DNA of 64,000 bases from positions 2,694,462 to 2,758,461 of the forward strand of contig NW_002060943.1 in NCBI RefSeq assembly GCF_000150275.1. Direction: 5' to 3'. The translations under genes and the position numbers were made by a program. Positions 14,342 through 26,706 of the stretch are shown piece by piece. Position 1 is the first letter of the stretch, and each line of letters starts with the position of its first letter. Below the pieces are notes generated by a model that saw only the letters and a program-made list of their open reading frames with translations, was not told where the DNA came from and did not search any database. Source of the DNA: Trichoplax adhaerens. Taxonomy: Eukaryota > Animalia > Placozoa.

Positions 14342-15882
14342 CGTTATCGGCGCTTAAATAGCGGGTTTTGTTCTACGACTAGATGGAAAGATCTGACCTT
14401 CTTTTGACTTATATTAATTAAGTTAACTAATTAAATAAATAACGTCATTTTTAGACTGGTGGCGAAATATCTATGCTTCAAAATTTATAGTATAGAAGAA
14501 TGTACGTGAATCACTTATATCCTGACTGTATTAATTTCGATGCTTTTGCATATGTCGCACTTGTGACATATGCATTAGTGTATAAATTTTTAGTATGGTC
14601 GGAAATATACAGATACTGTGTAGATACTGTGTTGTATACAGCAATGGGTTACCTTTTATCTTCCACTTATAGTATTGACAATCCACTAACTTCGTGGATA
14701 CGCTAAAATTTAGTTCCTCTTTATTACAACATAAGGACGTAAGTCTACTTACATAGTTATGATTGAAGCTATGAAACTAACATGATGATATTAAAGGATG
14801 CCTGAGTATTATATTATTTTGCCACGATTAATTTATGACATGGCATTCAGCACTTACTTGAGTGCATTATTTCCTATGAATCATAATTCTTATCCTAATT
14901 AAGGAAAACATATTTTAAGTTGTGTAACGGCTAGGTTCTGATATACTTTGCACAAGCATTCTAAAAGTATGATTCTGTAGGTCGATAATATAATTTCTAA
15001 TGTTCTTGCTATTTTGCAAATTTCTTGATTTAAAAAATTTCGTAACCTTCGTAAAAAATTTAATAGATAGCACCTGTAAGCAACAGTTAACTCTACTAGT
15101 ATTTGCTATAATTTTCATGTTTAAATATAATGATGAACAGGAATGCTATTAATAGCACTCATCATAGCCTGTTTCTCATTTATAAGGTGTTAGGCTCAAT
15201 TTGTTTCGATTTTATTAGCAAAAAAAATTCACTAGTAATATAACATATAAATTTAATGAAATTAAATACGTAATAACAATATTATTTTTTAGTATTGTAT
15301 CTCCTATCCTATATTAATACCGAGATGAAATAATTTCATTAGGGAAGATAAACTGATCATCTTATTTAATAAAAATATGATAAAGTTCGCTTTAAGTGTA
15401 CATACACACTGCACAATACATACACTCGAGTTTAGAGATCAAATATTTGTGAAGATTGCTGGCATTAAAGCCCATCAACCTTGAAAAACCCAATATGAAT
15501 ATCATTAACATGTGTATACCGCTTACTGTGCTTTGACTTATAGCACAGATTATTGTAATGAAGAGATTGCAATCTAACGCAAGTAATTGATCTGGCGGGC
15601 GAAAGGAATAAAATAATTTAAACAGCATAAGAAATAAACAAGTAATGAGGAAGCCGTTAAGTGATTATATATGACTGAATCACTTTGTAATTTGATAAAA
15701 TTTTAAAACCTTTACAGTCGCTAAATAAGAGTCAGCTTTACGCGCACCATAGATTAACGAAAAAGAATGACAAGTAAAACACAATGAAATCTTCAATTTC
15801 TGATAGCATAAATGAATTTCATTCTTTTATGATATTTCCCTGCTTAACATGAAATTTAGGATTGAAAGTAGAAAAATTTGGA

Positions 15883-18295
15883 CTATGAACGACGAAAACT
15901 GACATTGAGTTGACTATCTTTACTAGTAAGAGGAACATAAATAACCGACATTAATGACTTTTTGGTAACACTACCATCCGCGTGTTTCGTATATTGTTCT
16001 AGGTGTTGATTGCCACCAGCAGGTCCAACAGGAATAATTAAATTCCCTCCTGGCTTTAACTGCTCAATTAACTACATCAAATATCAATTTGATAGTAATA
16101 TTGATTACATCTACCGCACATGAAATTATGTAAATTGATTATTACACTAAATTCATTCAAAATTTGATTTAATGATTACGGCTTGCTTTACCGCGTTAGG
16201 TGTAACCGGTGCAGCAGCACCAACGTGGATAGCATCGAAAGGTGCGCCTAGTTCATACCCTAATCTTCCATCGCCAACTATATTGAAAATAGAAAATGAA
16301 AATTTTGAACACTTTGTATTACAATGCATCATAGTTTGCAGTTATCCGAGTAAGAAATATCTCATAGCTTTTAATTCTTGAGCTTAGCTATTCAATTGAT
16401 TAATGGATAGTGTACAAGACGCAATACCATACCTATGAGTTGTATCCTGTCACTTTCCAACAAGGAAGGATTAAATTTGTTGATATTATTTCTAGACAGC
16501 GATATCAACTCAGGAATATGCTCTATCCCATAGACTTTACCGCTTGAGCCAACCTAGTATATGTTTCGATAGATAATGTATAAGGTTATGATTATGTATT
16601 TCTAATTTGTACTAACAGAAGATTAATTTAGTACCAAGAGCTTAGTCCTTACCATCATGGCCATGCACGCTGTTAGGTATCCGCTGCCAGAACCAACGTC
16701 CAAAATAGTGCAACCTTCCTTCAAGTTACTAGCCAAAACTTGCAAAGCATGAGCATGCTAATGATTATAATGAATAGCATTGAATTAGTTAGCGATCCAT
16801 TTACTAGTTTTCTTCACGATTATTATTAGACTTTAATATGCTATCCTACTTTATAAAATCGCTCTTATAAATCCAGTAAGATAGAATTGTTTGCAAGTAG
16901 TAAAACAATGACTGAATTCGTAGTATAATACTACTAATCAATACATAGTTGATAGTTGTAATTTAAAAGAATTCCTAAGCGCCACTAACCATATGAGGTG
17001 CACTGATTGTTGCTTGATAACCTAACAAGGTGTTTATAACCAAAATATTATCAAGTATCTCTTTATAAACTATCCGATATAAACAAGATAAATTATAAAG
17101 ATTTGCATGAACATTACGATTGCTACAAACACTCTATTTGTAAAATTGAGATTGCACAAACTTTGCAGTTTTAAACTAATTGTAACATCGCTGTCATTTA
17201 CACGAAATGACAATATATACGGTAACTAGAAGGTCAAGAGTAATGTTATATGAATGTTGGCAGTCACAGCGGATCAAGAACAGAACTTATCTCATATGGC
17301 ATAGTAGTCATCAATGATTGCTAACTGACGATGAATTACTTTTTAGTTTAATTCCTTACCTATCGATTGTGGGCAATCCTGATAAGGGTTATGAGAACAA
17401 AATAGGCCTCGATCAACTTGTCGCATTGCTTCCTCGACATAAGGGCTGGTTATAACACCGTTGACTATTTAAACATGGCAGGAAACGCATTGTCATTAAT
17501 CAATCATCGTGAAAGTTTTACTAAACTAACTTTGTGTTGCATCAACCTTATTTTAAATAAAACGATGGTAGATGAAGTTAACATGTCTACATTAAACAGA
17601 CCACATTGTACGAGGTCATGACACATAAGTCTGCACACGTCCATTTCTATATCTACATCTATAGTATATTTGACTAAAGTAGTCTACTTCATTTTTTGTT
17701 GGTTTCCAAGTGCGTTTATTGAATGGTTGCAATTCGAGATTGTAATTAAAGACTAGTCAATGCATTCCATCGTACTGCAATAAATCAATTACTCGCATTG
17801 AAGATTGAATTTCGGGTATATAGCTTGCGGCCAATGTCCGAAGTTGGCCGATACGCGTAATGGCCGGATAACGGACATTAGCCTTAACATACGCATAAAT
17901 ACAATCAGTTTTTCAAAAATAGAATGCTACACAGCAGAGTATCTACTCTGCTGGTATAGCATACTTATCTAGCAGGGACTATTAAGTGAGAATTTGTATC
18001 AGGAATAACGATGATTATGATTGCAAATGCCAACTGTTTGCACTCTTGCCTTACTAACGTGTGCAAGTTACGGTAAGTCTTTATATAATCAATATCGTTA
18101 ATCTTGGTTGCAAGATCAACATGACAAGTGATGCTTATATCGAGACAAACATAGCCAATTGCGACAATTGTACTTGAAATTTTGTATCCATTGCATTATT
18201 CTACCATAAAAGATGATTCGAAGTTAGTATTTTAGACTACCTCTTAACTGAGTGATTAGATCGACATGAGATTTGCCATGAGACCTCCAAGCCAT
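15883..18295 (-). CDS. PCMT1: Protein-L-isoaspartate O-methyltransferase, 7 exons, ~230 aa
   Basis: Exons 18241-18295 ([18 protein letters not shown]), 17360-17464 ([18 protein letters not shown]...PQSIG), 16990-17021 ([10 protein letters not shown]), 16653-16757 (HAHAL...[13 protein letters not shown]), 16433-16553, 16192-16277 (GDGRLGY...[11 protein letters not shown]) and 15883-16071 ([17 protein letters not shown]...VIYVPLT). All introns are GT-AG and the exons total 693 nt in frame. Confidence 0.96.
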
Positions 18296-18356
18296 TTTAA
18301 CCAAGGCCACTAAGGCTTTCCTCATACCATGGGTCCCTTTACCGCCTCAAGCTTAG

Positions 18357-18835
18357 GCTGCTAATCAACTGGTCCAGATGGAGACCGTTGGCGGTCCAGT
18401 ACCACCACCCTAGTGACGTCACTGCATGCATTGTAGCTGTACTGTATTGTCGACTGTTAACCAGTATCGGAACAATGAACAGTCGACACACAGCACAATG
18501 CAATGCAGTGACGTCACTATGGCGGTGGTACTGGACCGACAAGGGTCTCTATCTGGACCAGTTGATGGACCAGTATCCCGGACTAGACCTGAGAAAGGTT
18601 CGGTTCGGTTCGGTTCGAACCGTTATGATTTATGGGGCCTGGGCATACTGTACGCATACTGTACCTAGACCTACACCTGTCGAAGGTTTGGTCGCTACAA
18701 TGCAATACAGTGACAGTTACAGTACTGTACTGTAGTACAGTACAGTACAGTGTACCGTATCGGTAGGGGCTGACGTCACTATGGTGGTGGTACTGGACCG
18801 GCAACGGTCTCTATCTGGACTAGTTGATTGTCAGC
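18357..18835. repeat. Three-copy ~65-75 bp inverted/direct repeat element (MITE/foldback-like), each copy with TGACGTCA
   Basis: Arm A (~18357-18433) is the reverse complement of arm B (~18495-18566) and of arm C (~18771-18835). (GGTTC)n and (CAGTA)n tracts lie between B and C. Confidence 0.85.
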
Positions 18836-19030
18836 ACCGTTTGTACTTGACTAAAAACGGTGTACTGTACTGTACATTCAGGGGTACATTGTACTGTACA
18901 ATGGCTTGGTTTTCACTGTAGCACCAATTTGGGTCAAGTGATTTTGACTTGAACACACTCACTCTACAGTACTGTACTGTAAGTTGATGAGCTTTCTAAG
19001 CCTGCAAGTACTGTACGTTGTACTGTAAAA
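18640..19030. repeat. Degenerate (CAGTA/TACTG)n pentanucleotide microsatellite
   Basis: Tracts such as agtactgtactgtagtacagtacagtacag and tgtactgtactgtac. Confidence 0.75.
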
Positions 19031-19271
19031 GTTACAAGCCTTAGGGAAAGATGAAAGCGCTGAACGCCCTAACCACTTATTATTGATTATTATTATATAT
19101 TATCCCATCCAACTGGAACTCGTGTGGAGAAGAAGAAAAGGTTGGCCAGTGCTGTTCTCTGAGTCTACCAAAACAACTACTTTAGTAGACAGCAATAGAA
19201 TGCTCATCTTGGTATCTCCGTTAAGTTATCTTTCAAGGTGATTATTACATCCATTTATCATCATTGCCAAT

Positions 19272-20936
19272 ATGCAGAGATTTCGAAGAGGGCATGGCGC
19301 GGTATGGATGGTGGTAATAATTATAACATTTCTGCATTTTGCATGGATTCAGATTATCAATGTTAAAGAAATAGATGATGTAACGAGTTTTAAAGCAGAT
19401 CTGGATACGTGGATTTACTCCAATGAGTCGATATTTCAACCGGACTATATATTAACTAAGGATCATGGAGTGCAGAGTAAGAATACGATTAAAGTAAGCG
19501 ATTTAAGAGTCTATCGTGATATTATCTACGAGATGTTTATCGGTATACCGTCATTCAAACGTAAATTAAGTCCTATCGTCCATTTCGATTTAAGCAAAGA
19601 TCCAGTGAAAATCAATTATCTACGAAAGATTTTCGCCTATTTAAACTACTTTGGAGCCAAATCAGTTATGCTACAATATGATGATTCTTTCCCATTTGCA
19701 GGCAATTTGAGTTTAGCTCGATCACCTCATAGTTATAATATTGACGACGTCAAAGATATTATAGCTCATGCTTCTAAAAGTAAGTTAAACATAATACCAT
19801 ACATTCAAGTTATTGGTCAAATGGAATATTTACTACAACATCATCAATTCCATGACATCAGGAGTGATTCATTTCCACGCCAGACAATTTGCCCATGTAG
19901 TAATCGAAGTGTTACTATTATAAAAGAGATAATACGACAAATTATGGATTTACATAAGAACGCTAAAGCTATTCATATCGGCGGTCATGACTTTTATAAT
20001 TCACGTTTAACTTGTAATCGTTGCAAAGGCCAACATTTAAATGAAAATCAAGTTTATGTCGAATATATTGTTAAGATATGTAAATATATCAAGCAACATT
20101 TTCCAGAAATGATTATCTTAATATGGGATAATCGCTTAAGGAGTATGACAGCTAACGAAATGGAACCTCTGAAAGATTTAGTAGAACCAATGGTTCTAGA
20201 TTTTCATCCCGACGTTACTCATATCCTCGATCAGCCACAGTGGAAAAGGTATAAATCATTATTTCATCAAATATGGGGTGCCGCAGCATATAAAGGTGCT
20301 GAAGAATGCGACGATAACTTTGTTCCAACGGTTAAGCGACTAAGTAACACGATCACATGGGCTAGATTATCCAACGGCTTAAAAAGAACTGGTTTAAAAG
20401 TAGGAGGTATCTCTTTAATGGGTTTCTCTCGTCCAACTTATTCTCTACCTACATGTCAGATTTTACCCGCGAGTATTCCTTCCTTACTACTTAATGTATA
20501 CACTCTTAAGGCATGCGAATATCATATGTATATTGCATCAGAAATTGCTGTCTGTGCACTGCGATGTATTGACTATTTACAAATTGAATTAAAGGAAGAT
20601 TACACTATTGAAACTTGCGATCGAATGCCAGGCAGACAAAGTTATCGGTTGCTGTCTATACTTCGTGTTTTGAAGAGTCGTGTTTCTAACGTAATGGCTA
20701 AATTAGGCAAAAATCGATACTTGCTTGGTGATCAGTTATATAAGTCATTGCTGGTTGACGAACTCACGTATCTTCGACAAGCATTGAAAAGCTTGAATAA
20801 AGAAATTCAGATAGCGTTTAAAGAAATTTATAATGATTATAGCATTGATGAATGGCGTTATCGCCATGTTCGACCACTCACTACCTTGGTCAACGATCTG
20901 TACTGGCATGTATTGCATGTTACCGTGCAAGCTTAA
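19272..20936 (+). CDS. HEXD-like GH20 hexosaminidase homolog, type II membrane, copy 1, catalytic DE altered
   Basis: 554-aa intronless ORF with an N-terminal TM segment. HEXD-family motifs: VHFDL, QYDDSFPF, IPYIQVIGQMEYLL, HIGGHD, WDNRLR, WGAAAYKGA, CQILPASIPSL. Confidence 0.85.
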   Translation: MQRFRRGHGAVWMVVIIITFLHFAWIQIINVKEIDDVTSFKADLDTWIYSNESIFQPDYILTKDHGVQSKNTIKVSDLRVYRDIIYEMFIGIPSFKRKLSPIVHFDLSKDPVKINYLRKIFAYLNYFGAKSVMLQYDDSFPFAGNLSLARSPHSYNIDDVKDIIAHASKSKLNIIPYIQVIGQMEYLLQHHQFHDIRSDSFPRQTICPCSNRSVTIIKEIIRQIMDLHKNAKAIHIGGHDFYNSRLTCNRCKGQHLNENQVYVEYIVKICKYIKQHFPEMIILIWDNRLRSMTANEMEPLKDLVEPMVLDFHPDVTHILDQPQWKRYKSLFHQIWGAAAYKGAEECDDNFVPTVKRLSNTITWARLSNGLKRTGLKVGGISLMGFSRPTYSLPTCQILPASIPSLLLNVYTLKACEYHMYIASEIAVCALRCIDYLQIELKEDYTIETCDRMPGRQSYRLLSILRVLKSRVSNVMAKLGKNRYLLGDQLYKSLLVDELTYLRQALKSLNKEIQIAFKEIYNDYSIDEWRYRHVRPLTTLVNDLYWHVLHVTVQA

Positions 20937-22204
20937 TTTGCTGTTGATATTGTATCTATATACGTATGTATACCAGTATACTGTACTAGATCTTGGTAAA
21001 ATTCATATAACGATCTATATCTGATTTAATATGCGGGAAATGATGTTGATGGACTTGAAACTACTTAACACGAAGTTTTACCATACTAGTATGTGTCTCT
21101 ATCCAACAAAGGTTGCATGCACGCGTGTACTTTGTATTTTAGATGTATGCTACTATATAGTTTACCATTGCATTTACCGTTGGTTTTGATATTTTCACTG
21201 TCAGTTGATGAATCAGTAAACTATTTGACGGACGGAATACATTTTTTCAAACTCTATTTTTTAGCTAAAGTAAATTGCTTTCAAGGAACGGAAATTATAT
21301 TTACTGAAATTCTGTACTGTAAAGTAAGTCATGGTGAACATTTGAATTCACTGATAGCTTCACTGCCGTTTGTATCATGTTGCTGTAGTTTATTTATACG
21401 GCTCCACGTTTATATTATCCGAACTTGTTGAAATAGTTTCCATAATCCTGTATCAGAACGACTCTTAATGAGCAAATTTCATTAAATTTGACTTTGTTTT
21501 AGTTAATATGCCTTAATATTCGAGTAATTAATCATGAAAGTAAGTGATTCGATGTTATTTGTGGTCCATTATTTACTGGTAGAATTATTAAGCAATATCA
21601 GGAAAAATGAGAATGAATAATAATGGGAGAAATTTAGCAGCATGCTGCACTCGGTGGCTGTACTTCGGTCTAAGAGTAGTCTATAGCTGACTTTTGACTA
21701 GACCGAGTTTGGTATAAAGTTTCAGTTACTGTAGCTGTTCAAGTTATATGATGATAGATGCGCGTTGGATTATCACTTTGGTTAAGAAAATAACTGTTTT
21801 TCAAAAGTTACCTAGGACCAATTCAGAGTAGTTTGATATATGGATAGGTCGATCATGCCTTGTTGTTAATCCTTAATTCAACATTGAATTAATTACTAAA
21901 TGATTTATTATCAATCAAATACTAGTCATGAATGAATTACTTCTAAAAAAAGCACAATCTGTGGTATCTTTGACTTTATATTGATTGCATTTGCATTAAT
22001 AATTAATTAATTAATGGCTGCTGATCAATTTATGGCACTAATTTGACTTTATATTACCATAAAGTGTGATATGTTCGACATAACTACGCATCAAATTACT
22101 TTTAAAAAGGTTCTACGATAACCCGACATGCGATATTCAAATATTTCATTCTAACCTTAACGACAAAGTTAAAGGTGAATGTTGATACCATAAGCCCATA
22201 AGTA

Positions 22205-22385
22205 AGTACTGTACGTCTAGTCCGTCCATACGGTACAATATACTGCACTGTAGTGTACAGTGTACAGTACTGTAAGGGCAAAAGTATTCAGTGCAAAATG
22301 GAACTGTACAAGGTACAGTGTACAGTGTACAGTACTTTTTTGTCGGTACTGTACCAAACTGCTCGTAAAAGTGCACAGTAAAACT
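22205..22385. repeat. Degenerate (CAGTA/CAGTGTA)n microsatellite upstream of GH20 copy 2
   Basis: gtacagtgtacagtactgta... tracts, in the same relative position as the tract upstream of copy 1. Confidence 0.65.
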
Positions 22386-22987
22386 ATGTTGAGGTTGCAA
22401 TCAATTCGAGTTAATTAATGAACGTTAAAGCTGTAATAAGACAGCAAAATTTGGATATTAAAGTAATATTGGGAAACACTCTCGAAAAGCATTGCAACAG
22501 CTCATTGAATCATCATGAACGCAACGTTTTCAATAGGATGATATATTGTACTACAGAGTCTTTACACTGTGCAGTGGGCACCTTGTTCAATCTTGACTAC
22601 GGTAACTCGTTGGGTGAAGTACGACGTTGATCTCTATCTACAACCTGGACCAGATCAAATCATTAACAGTTAAGCTTTGAACTTGATAAAGGAATTGGGC
22701 TAAATTTTACGAATTTTCACACAATAGATCGTGATTGAATTTATCTTCTATATAAAGAAATGGAATCATTCTTATTATCAATGCCAAACAAGCAGATGTG
22801 AAAGAATTTCAACTTAGCCTTTCTAAAATCGCGTTGTTACAATCTATTATGAAATACTACACGCGTACTATGCAGATAGAATGAGAACATTTTCAGTTAC
22901 ATAGCCTATCGTGAAATATAACAATCACGGTATACATTGCACTTGGGCTTTCAGTATAGACCTGGATCGGCCAGTCTGTATTCCAAT

Positions 22988-24655
22988 ATGCATTGGTTTC
23001 GAAGAGGATATTGTTGTGTATGGATGACGGTAATTATTATAACATTTCTGCATTTGACATGGATTCAGATTATCAGTCTTAAGAGTAATCATGATCGATT
23101 GAATATTATAACAACAGAACCTACTTGGGTTTATTCCAATATATCAAGATATCTGCCAAGCTATATAGTATCCAGCCATCATACTCAAGCTACAAATAAA
23201 ATTAAGGCAAACGATTTAAGGGTTTATCGTGATACTATCTACGAGATGTATCTTGCTTTTCGTATGCCTAAGAATACTCTAAGCCCAATTGTCCATTTCG
23301 ATTTGAGCAAAGATCCGGTGAAAATCAATTATCTACGAAAGATTTTCGCCCATTTAAACTACTTTGGAGCCAAATCAGTTATGCTACAATATGATGATTC
23401 TTTCCCATTTGCAGGCAATTTGAGTTTAGCTCGATCACCTCATAGTTATACTATTGACGACGTCAAAGATATTTTAGCCCATGCTTCTAAAAATAAGTTT
23501 AACATAATACCATACATTCAAGTTATTGGTCAAATGGAATATTTATTACAACATCATCAATTCCATGACATCAGGAGTGATTCATTTCCACGCCAGACAA
23601 TTTGCCCATGTAGTAATCGAAGTGTTACTATTATAAAAGAGATAATACGACAAATTATGGATTTACATAAGAACGCTAAAGCTATTCATATCGGCGGTCA
23701 TGACTTTTATAATTCACGTTTAACTTGTAATCGTTGCAAAGGCCAACATTTAAATGAAAATCAAGTTTATGTCGAATATATTGTTAAGATATGTAAATAT
23801 ATCAAGCAACATTTTCCAGAAATGACCATCTTGATGTGGGATAATCGCTTAAGGAGTATGACAGCTAACGAAATGGAACCTCTGAAAGATTTAGTAGAAC
23901 CAATGGTTCTAGATTTTCATCCCGACGTTACTCATATCCTCGATCAGCCACAGTGGAAAAGGTATAAATCATTATTTCATCAAATATGGGGTGCCACAGC
24001 ATATAAAGGTGCTGAAGAATGCGACGATAACTTTGTTCCAACGGTTAAGCGACTAAGTAACACGATCACATGGGCTAGATTACTCGACGGCTTAAGAAGA
24101 ACTGGTTTAAAAGTAGGAGGTATCTCTTTAATGGGTTTCTCTCGTCCAACTTATTCTCTACCTACATGTCAGATTTTACCCGCGAGTATTCCTACTCTTT
24201 TGCTTATGGCCCTAGCTGTTAGAGTTAATGCATACCATAAATATGTTAATAGTGAAGCTGCTATTTGTACCTTGAGATGCAATGACTACTTTCATGTAGA
24301 GCTAACTGAAGACTACACAGTCGAAACATGTAGTCGAATGCCAGCTCGTCAGAGCTATCGATTATTATCCATACTTCGGGTATTAAAAAGTCGTATTTCT
24401 AACTTGTTTGCCAAACTAGGCAATAATCGAAATCTTCTTGGTAATCAGCAGTACAAGGTATTAGTAATAGACGAATTAATCTACCTTCAGAGTGCGTTAA
24501 AAAGCCTAAATAGGGAAACTCGACTAGCATTTAAGGAAGTCTACTATAATCACACTATCGAAGAATGGCATTATCGTCATATTCGACCTCTCAAAAATTT
24601 AATAGATGACTTTTACTGGCATATGTTACATACGCGCATTATTTTACAGCCATAG
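22988..24655 (+). CDS. HEXD-like GH20 hexosaminidase homolog, copy 2 (tandem paralog)
   Basis: ATG at 22988 (MHWFRRG) aligns with copy 1 (MQRFRRG). The ORF track starts earlier, at a TTG (22937). It has the same motifs, including HIGGHD. Confidence 0.85.
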   Translation: MHWFRRGYCCVWMTVIIITFLHLTWIQIISLKSNHDRLNIITTEPTWVYSNISRYLPSYIVSSHHTQATNKIKANDLRVYRDTIYEMYLAFRMPKNTLSPIVHFDLSKDPVKINYLRKIFAHLNYFGAKSVMLQYDDSFPFAGNLSLARSPHSYTIDDVKDILAHASKNKFNIIPYIQVIGQMEYLLQHHQFHDIRSDSFPRQTICPCSNRSVTIIKEIIRQIMDLHKNAKAIHIGGHDFYNSRLTCNRCKGQHLNENQVYVEYIVKICKYIKQHFPEMTILMWDNRLRSMTANEMEPLKDLVEPMVLDFHPDVTHILDQPQWKRYKSLFHQIWGATAYKGAEECDDNFVPTVKRLSNTITWARLLDGLRRTGLKVGGISLMGFSRPTYSLPTCQILPASIPTLLLMALAVRVNAYHKYVNSEAAICTLRCNDYFHVELTEDYTVETCSRMPARQSYRLLSILRVLKSRISNLFAKLGNNRNLLGNQQYKVLVIDELIYLQSALKSLNRETRLAFKEVYYNHTIEEWHYRHIRPLKNLIDDFYWHMLHTRIILQP

Positions 24656-26639
24656 TAGCGCAACAGTTTTAATTTGTAGTCGCTAATGAGCTTTTTTCTG
24701 GTACAGCAATACTTTTACCACTGTAATTATTGTAAAACAAGTTTCTGCTTTGCGTTATAATAATAGTTGGTTTTGAAATTATAAAACACCTGATATTAAG
24801 TAAAATTTGGATAATCTAAAGCTTCGGTACGAGTATCTTGGCGCGACTTTAGATGTGAAAACTTCATTAGAATATGTAAATTGCCATCGCAAATTATTAT
24901 ACCATTGGCAGAAATAGTTGATTTTTCATCTTTGAAAAAGTAATATAAAAATTTGAAGAATCAACTTAGTATCATTATGAGAGTACTTTTATACATTAAA
25001 ATTTATAAACTTTACGTAAATCTGGAGAATTAAATTCTTACGTTATACATATGTAATATTTATTAGATATTGATGTTATATCGTATAGACATTTTATTAG
25101 TTCTTGAGATGCGTTATTAAATTCCCTCTCAAGTTATGGAAAGCTTAATGTGAAATTATGAAGCCTCATCAATCTATGTGTCATTGCTCATTCTTACTTT
25201 TATGACTTCTCGATAGATTAAATTTAATTTATCGAAACGATAAAACCTGTTACTTTGTTATGCTTATACGATAGAAATAGTGAACGCTACTCCATTTTTC
25301 GAACGGCTATATGGCTTTATATGTATCAGCTTGGTAACGAAATTTATACGGATATTCAAGTAATCAAATATGTTTTCGTGGCTTAATTTGTGTGACATGA
25401 CTATAGATTGGATAATACTTGGTTTGGTTTATCAAGCGAAAGAAGAACATAATTAACAATTTTGATCATTAATATATGGCCAGCACTACAAAAACTACCG
25501 TGCATTGCTATATTTACATAAACAATATTACATGAATAATAATTTTATGCACGAAACATAGCAGAAGATACAAAATCTCATGCAGGGTTATACCGCATTC
25601 TAAAATCATCTGTTATTTACAGATATTATGATTCAGTTCTTCAAGCCCTAGTCTCATTCAATAGGCAAGCTTGAAGTTAAGACTATACTATTCAATGAAT
25701 CTTATAATAAAACAAATCCTTATCAAAGTCAGTTAGCAAGCGAATTATCAAGTTTTTACGGCTCTTATACGATAGTTTAAACCAAGACAATTACCATGTG
25801 GCAATCTAGTATTGATTTCAGATTTCTGTAATTCAATAATAAGAAAGAAATGATCTAGTGGATTTCGTCGGTAAGCAACTATTAAGGAGTTGAAGCCAGA
25901 AGTGTTTAGCATGTTTACTGTAAATTCTGTAATCCGCGATCGGCAAGAAAACATGTTTCAACTAAAAATGATAAATTTTGAAGGAGATTATAATAGTAAC
26001 AAATGACAATGGCTAAAAAAGTCATCCTGAAAACAAATATTCGCTAGATACTATCACAGTCTAGAATAAATTTTGTAAATAGGTATCGAATTTACGCTAC
26101 AAAATCCGTTAAATTACATCAGTATTAGTTCATTTTTGTTAATTGTATCAATCACGTTAACTCAAGCTATAAATATTCGCCATCTAAAACCGCCATCGAA
26201 ATAGCTTACCTTGCATTAGGCCAGAATTAATGAATTAATATTATCTCATATTTCAAAATAGAAGGATAAAATCTGTTAAATCAATCAGTTTTTTTAATTA
26301 ATATACATATAATACACATATGGTCAAATCATAATTACTTATTTAATACTTGATTTTATAAATAGTATCACACAGTTTCGATTCTCAACTGAATCAAAAT
26401 TAAGAAATCGATCTTTGACGTGCATAAAAATTACATAAAAGAATTATTGTCTAATTGCCGTAGTCTCATCACTTAGAATTAGCATTACGATTATTAATCA
26501 CTAATTGTTTTTACAATAGTCTATCTCAATTTATAGTGCTACTAACACTGAAGTAATAAATTCTTGATCAATAGCGCTATGATAAAAGGCTTAATGAATC
26601 AAAAGAAGTATATCAGAAATGCTTTAGGAAGCTATTTGC

Positions 26640-26706
26640 ATTTACCATTTCCGTATTGTAGAGCTAGCAAATAATTTGCTAGCTCTACAATACGGAAATG
26701 GTAAAT
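26640..26706. repeat. Perfect DNA palindrome, 33-bp arms, 1-nt spacer
   Basis: atttaccatttccgtattgtagagctagcaaat-a-atttgctagctctacaatacggaaatggtaaat. Confidence 0.95.

Noticed and set aside
16172-17621. Plus-strand ORFs 16172-16381 and 17418-17621
   Set aside because: Antisense shadows of PCMT1 exons.
18339-18804. Four overlapping ORFs with similar peptides (MxVQYH..SDV)
   Set aside because: They are by-products of the inverted-repeat arms and have no coding signature.
18795-18825. Definite Helitron 3' end (hairpin plus CTAG)
   Set aside because: Homology among the arms continues past CTAG and the other arms read CCAG, so it is kept only as a hypothesis.
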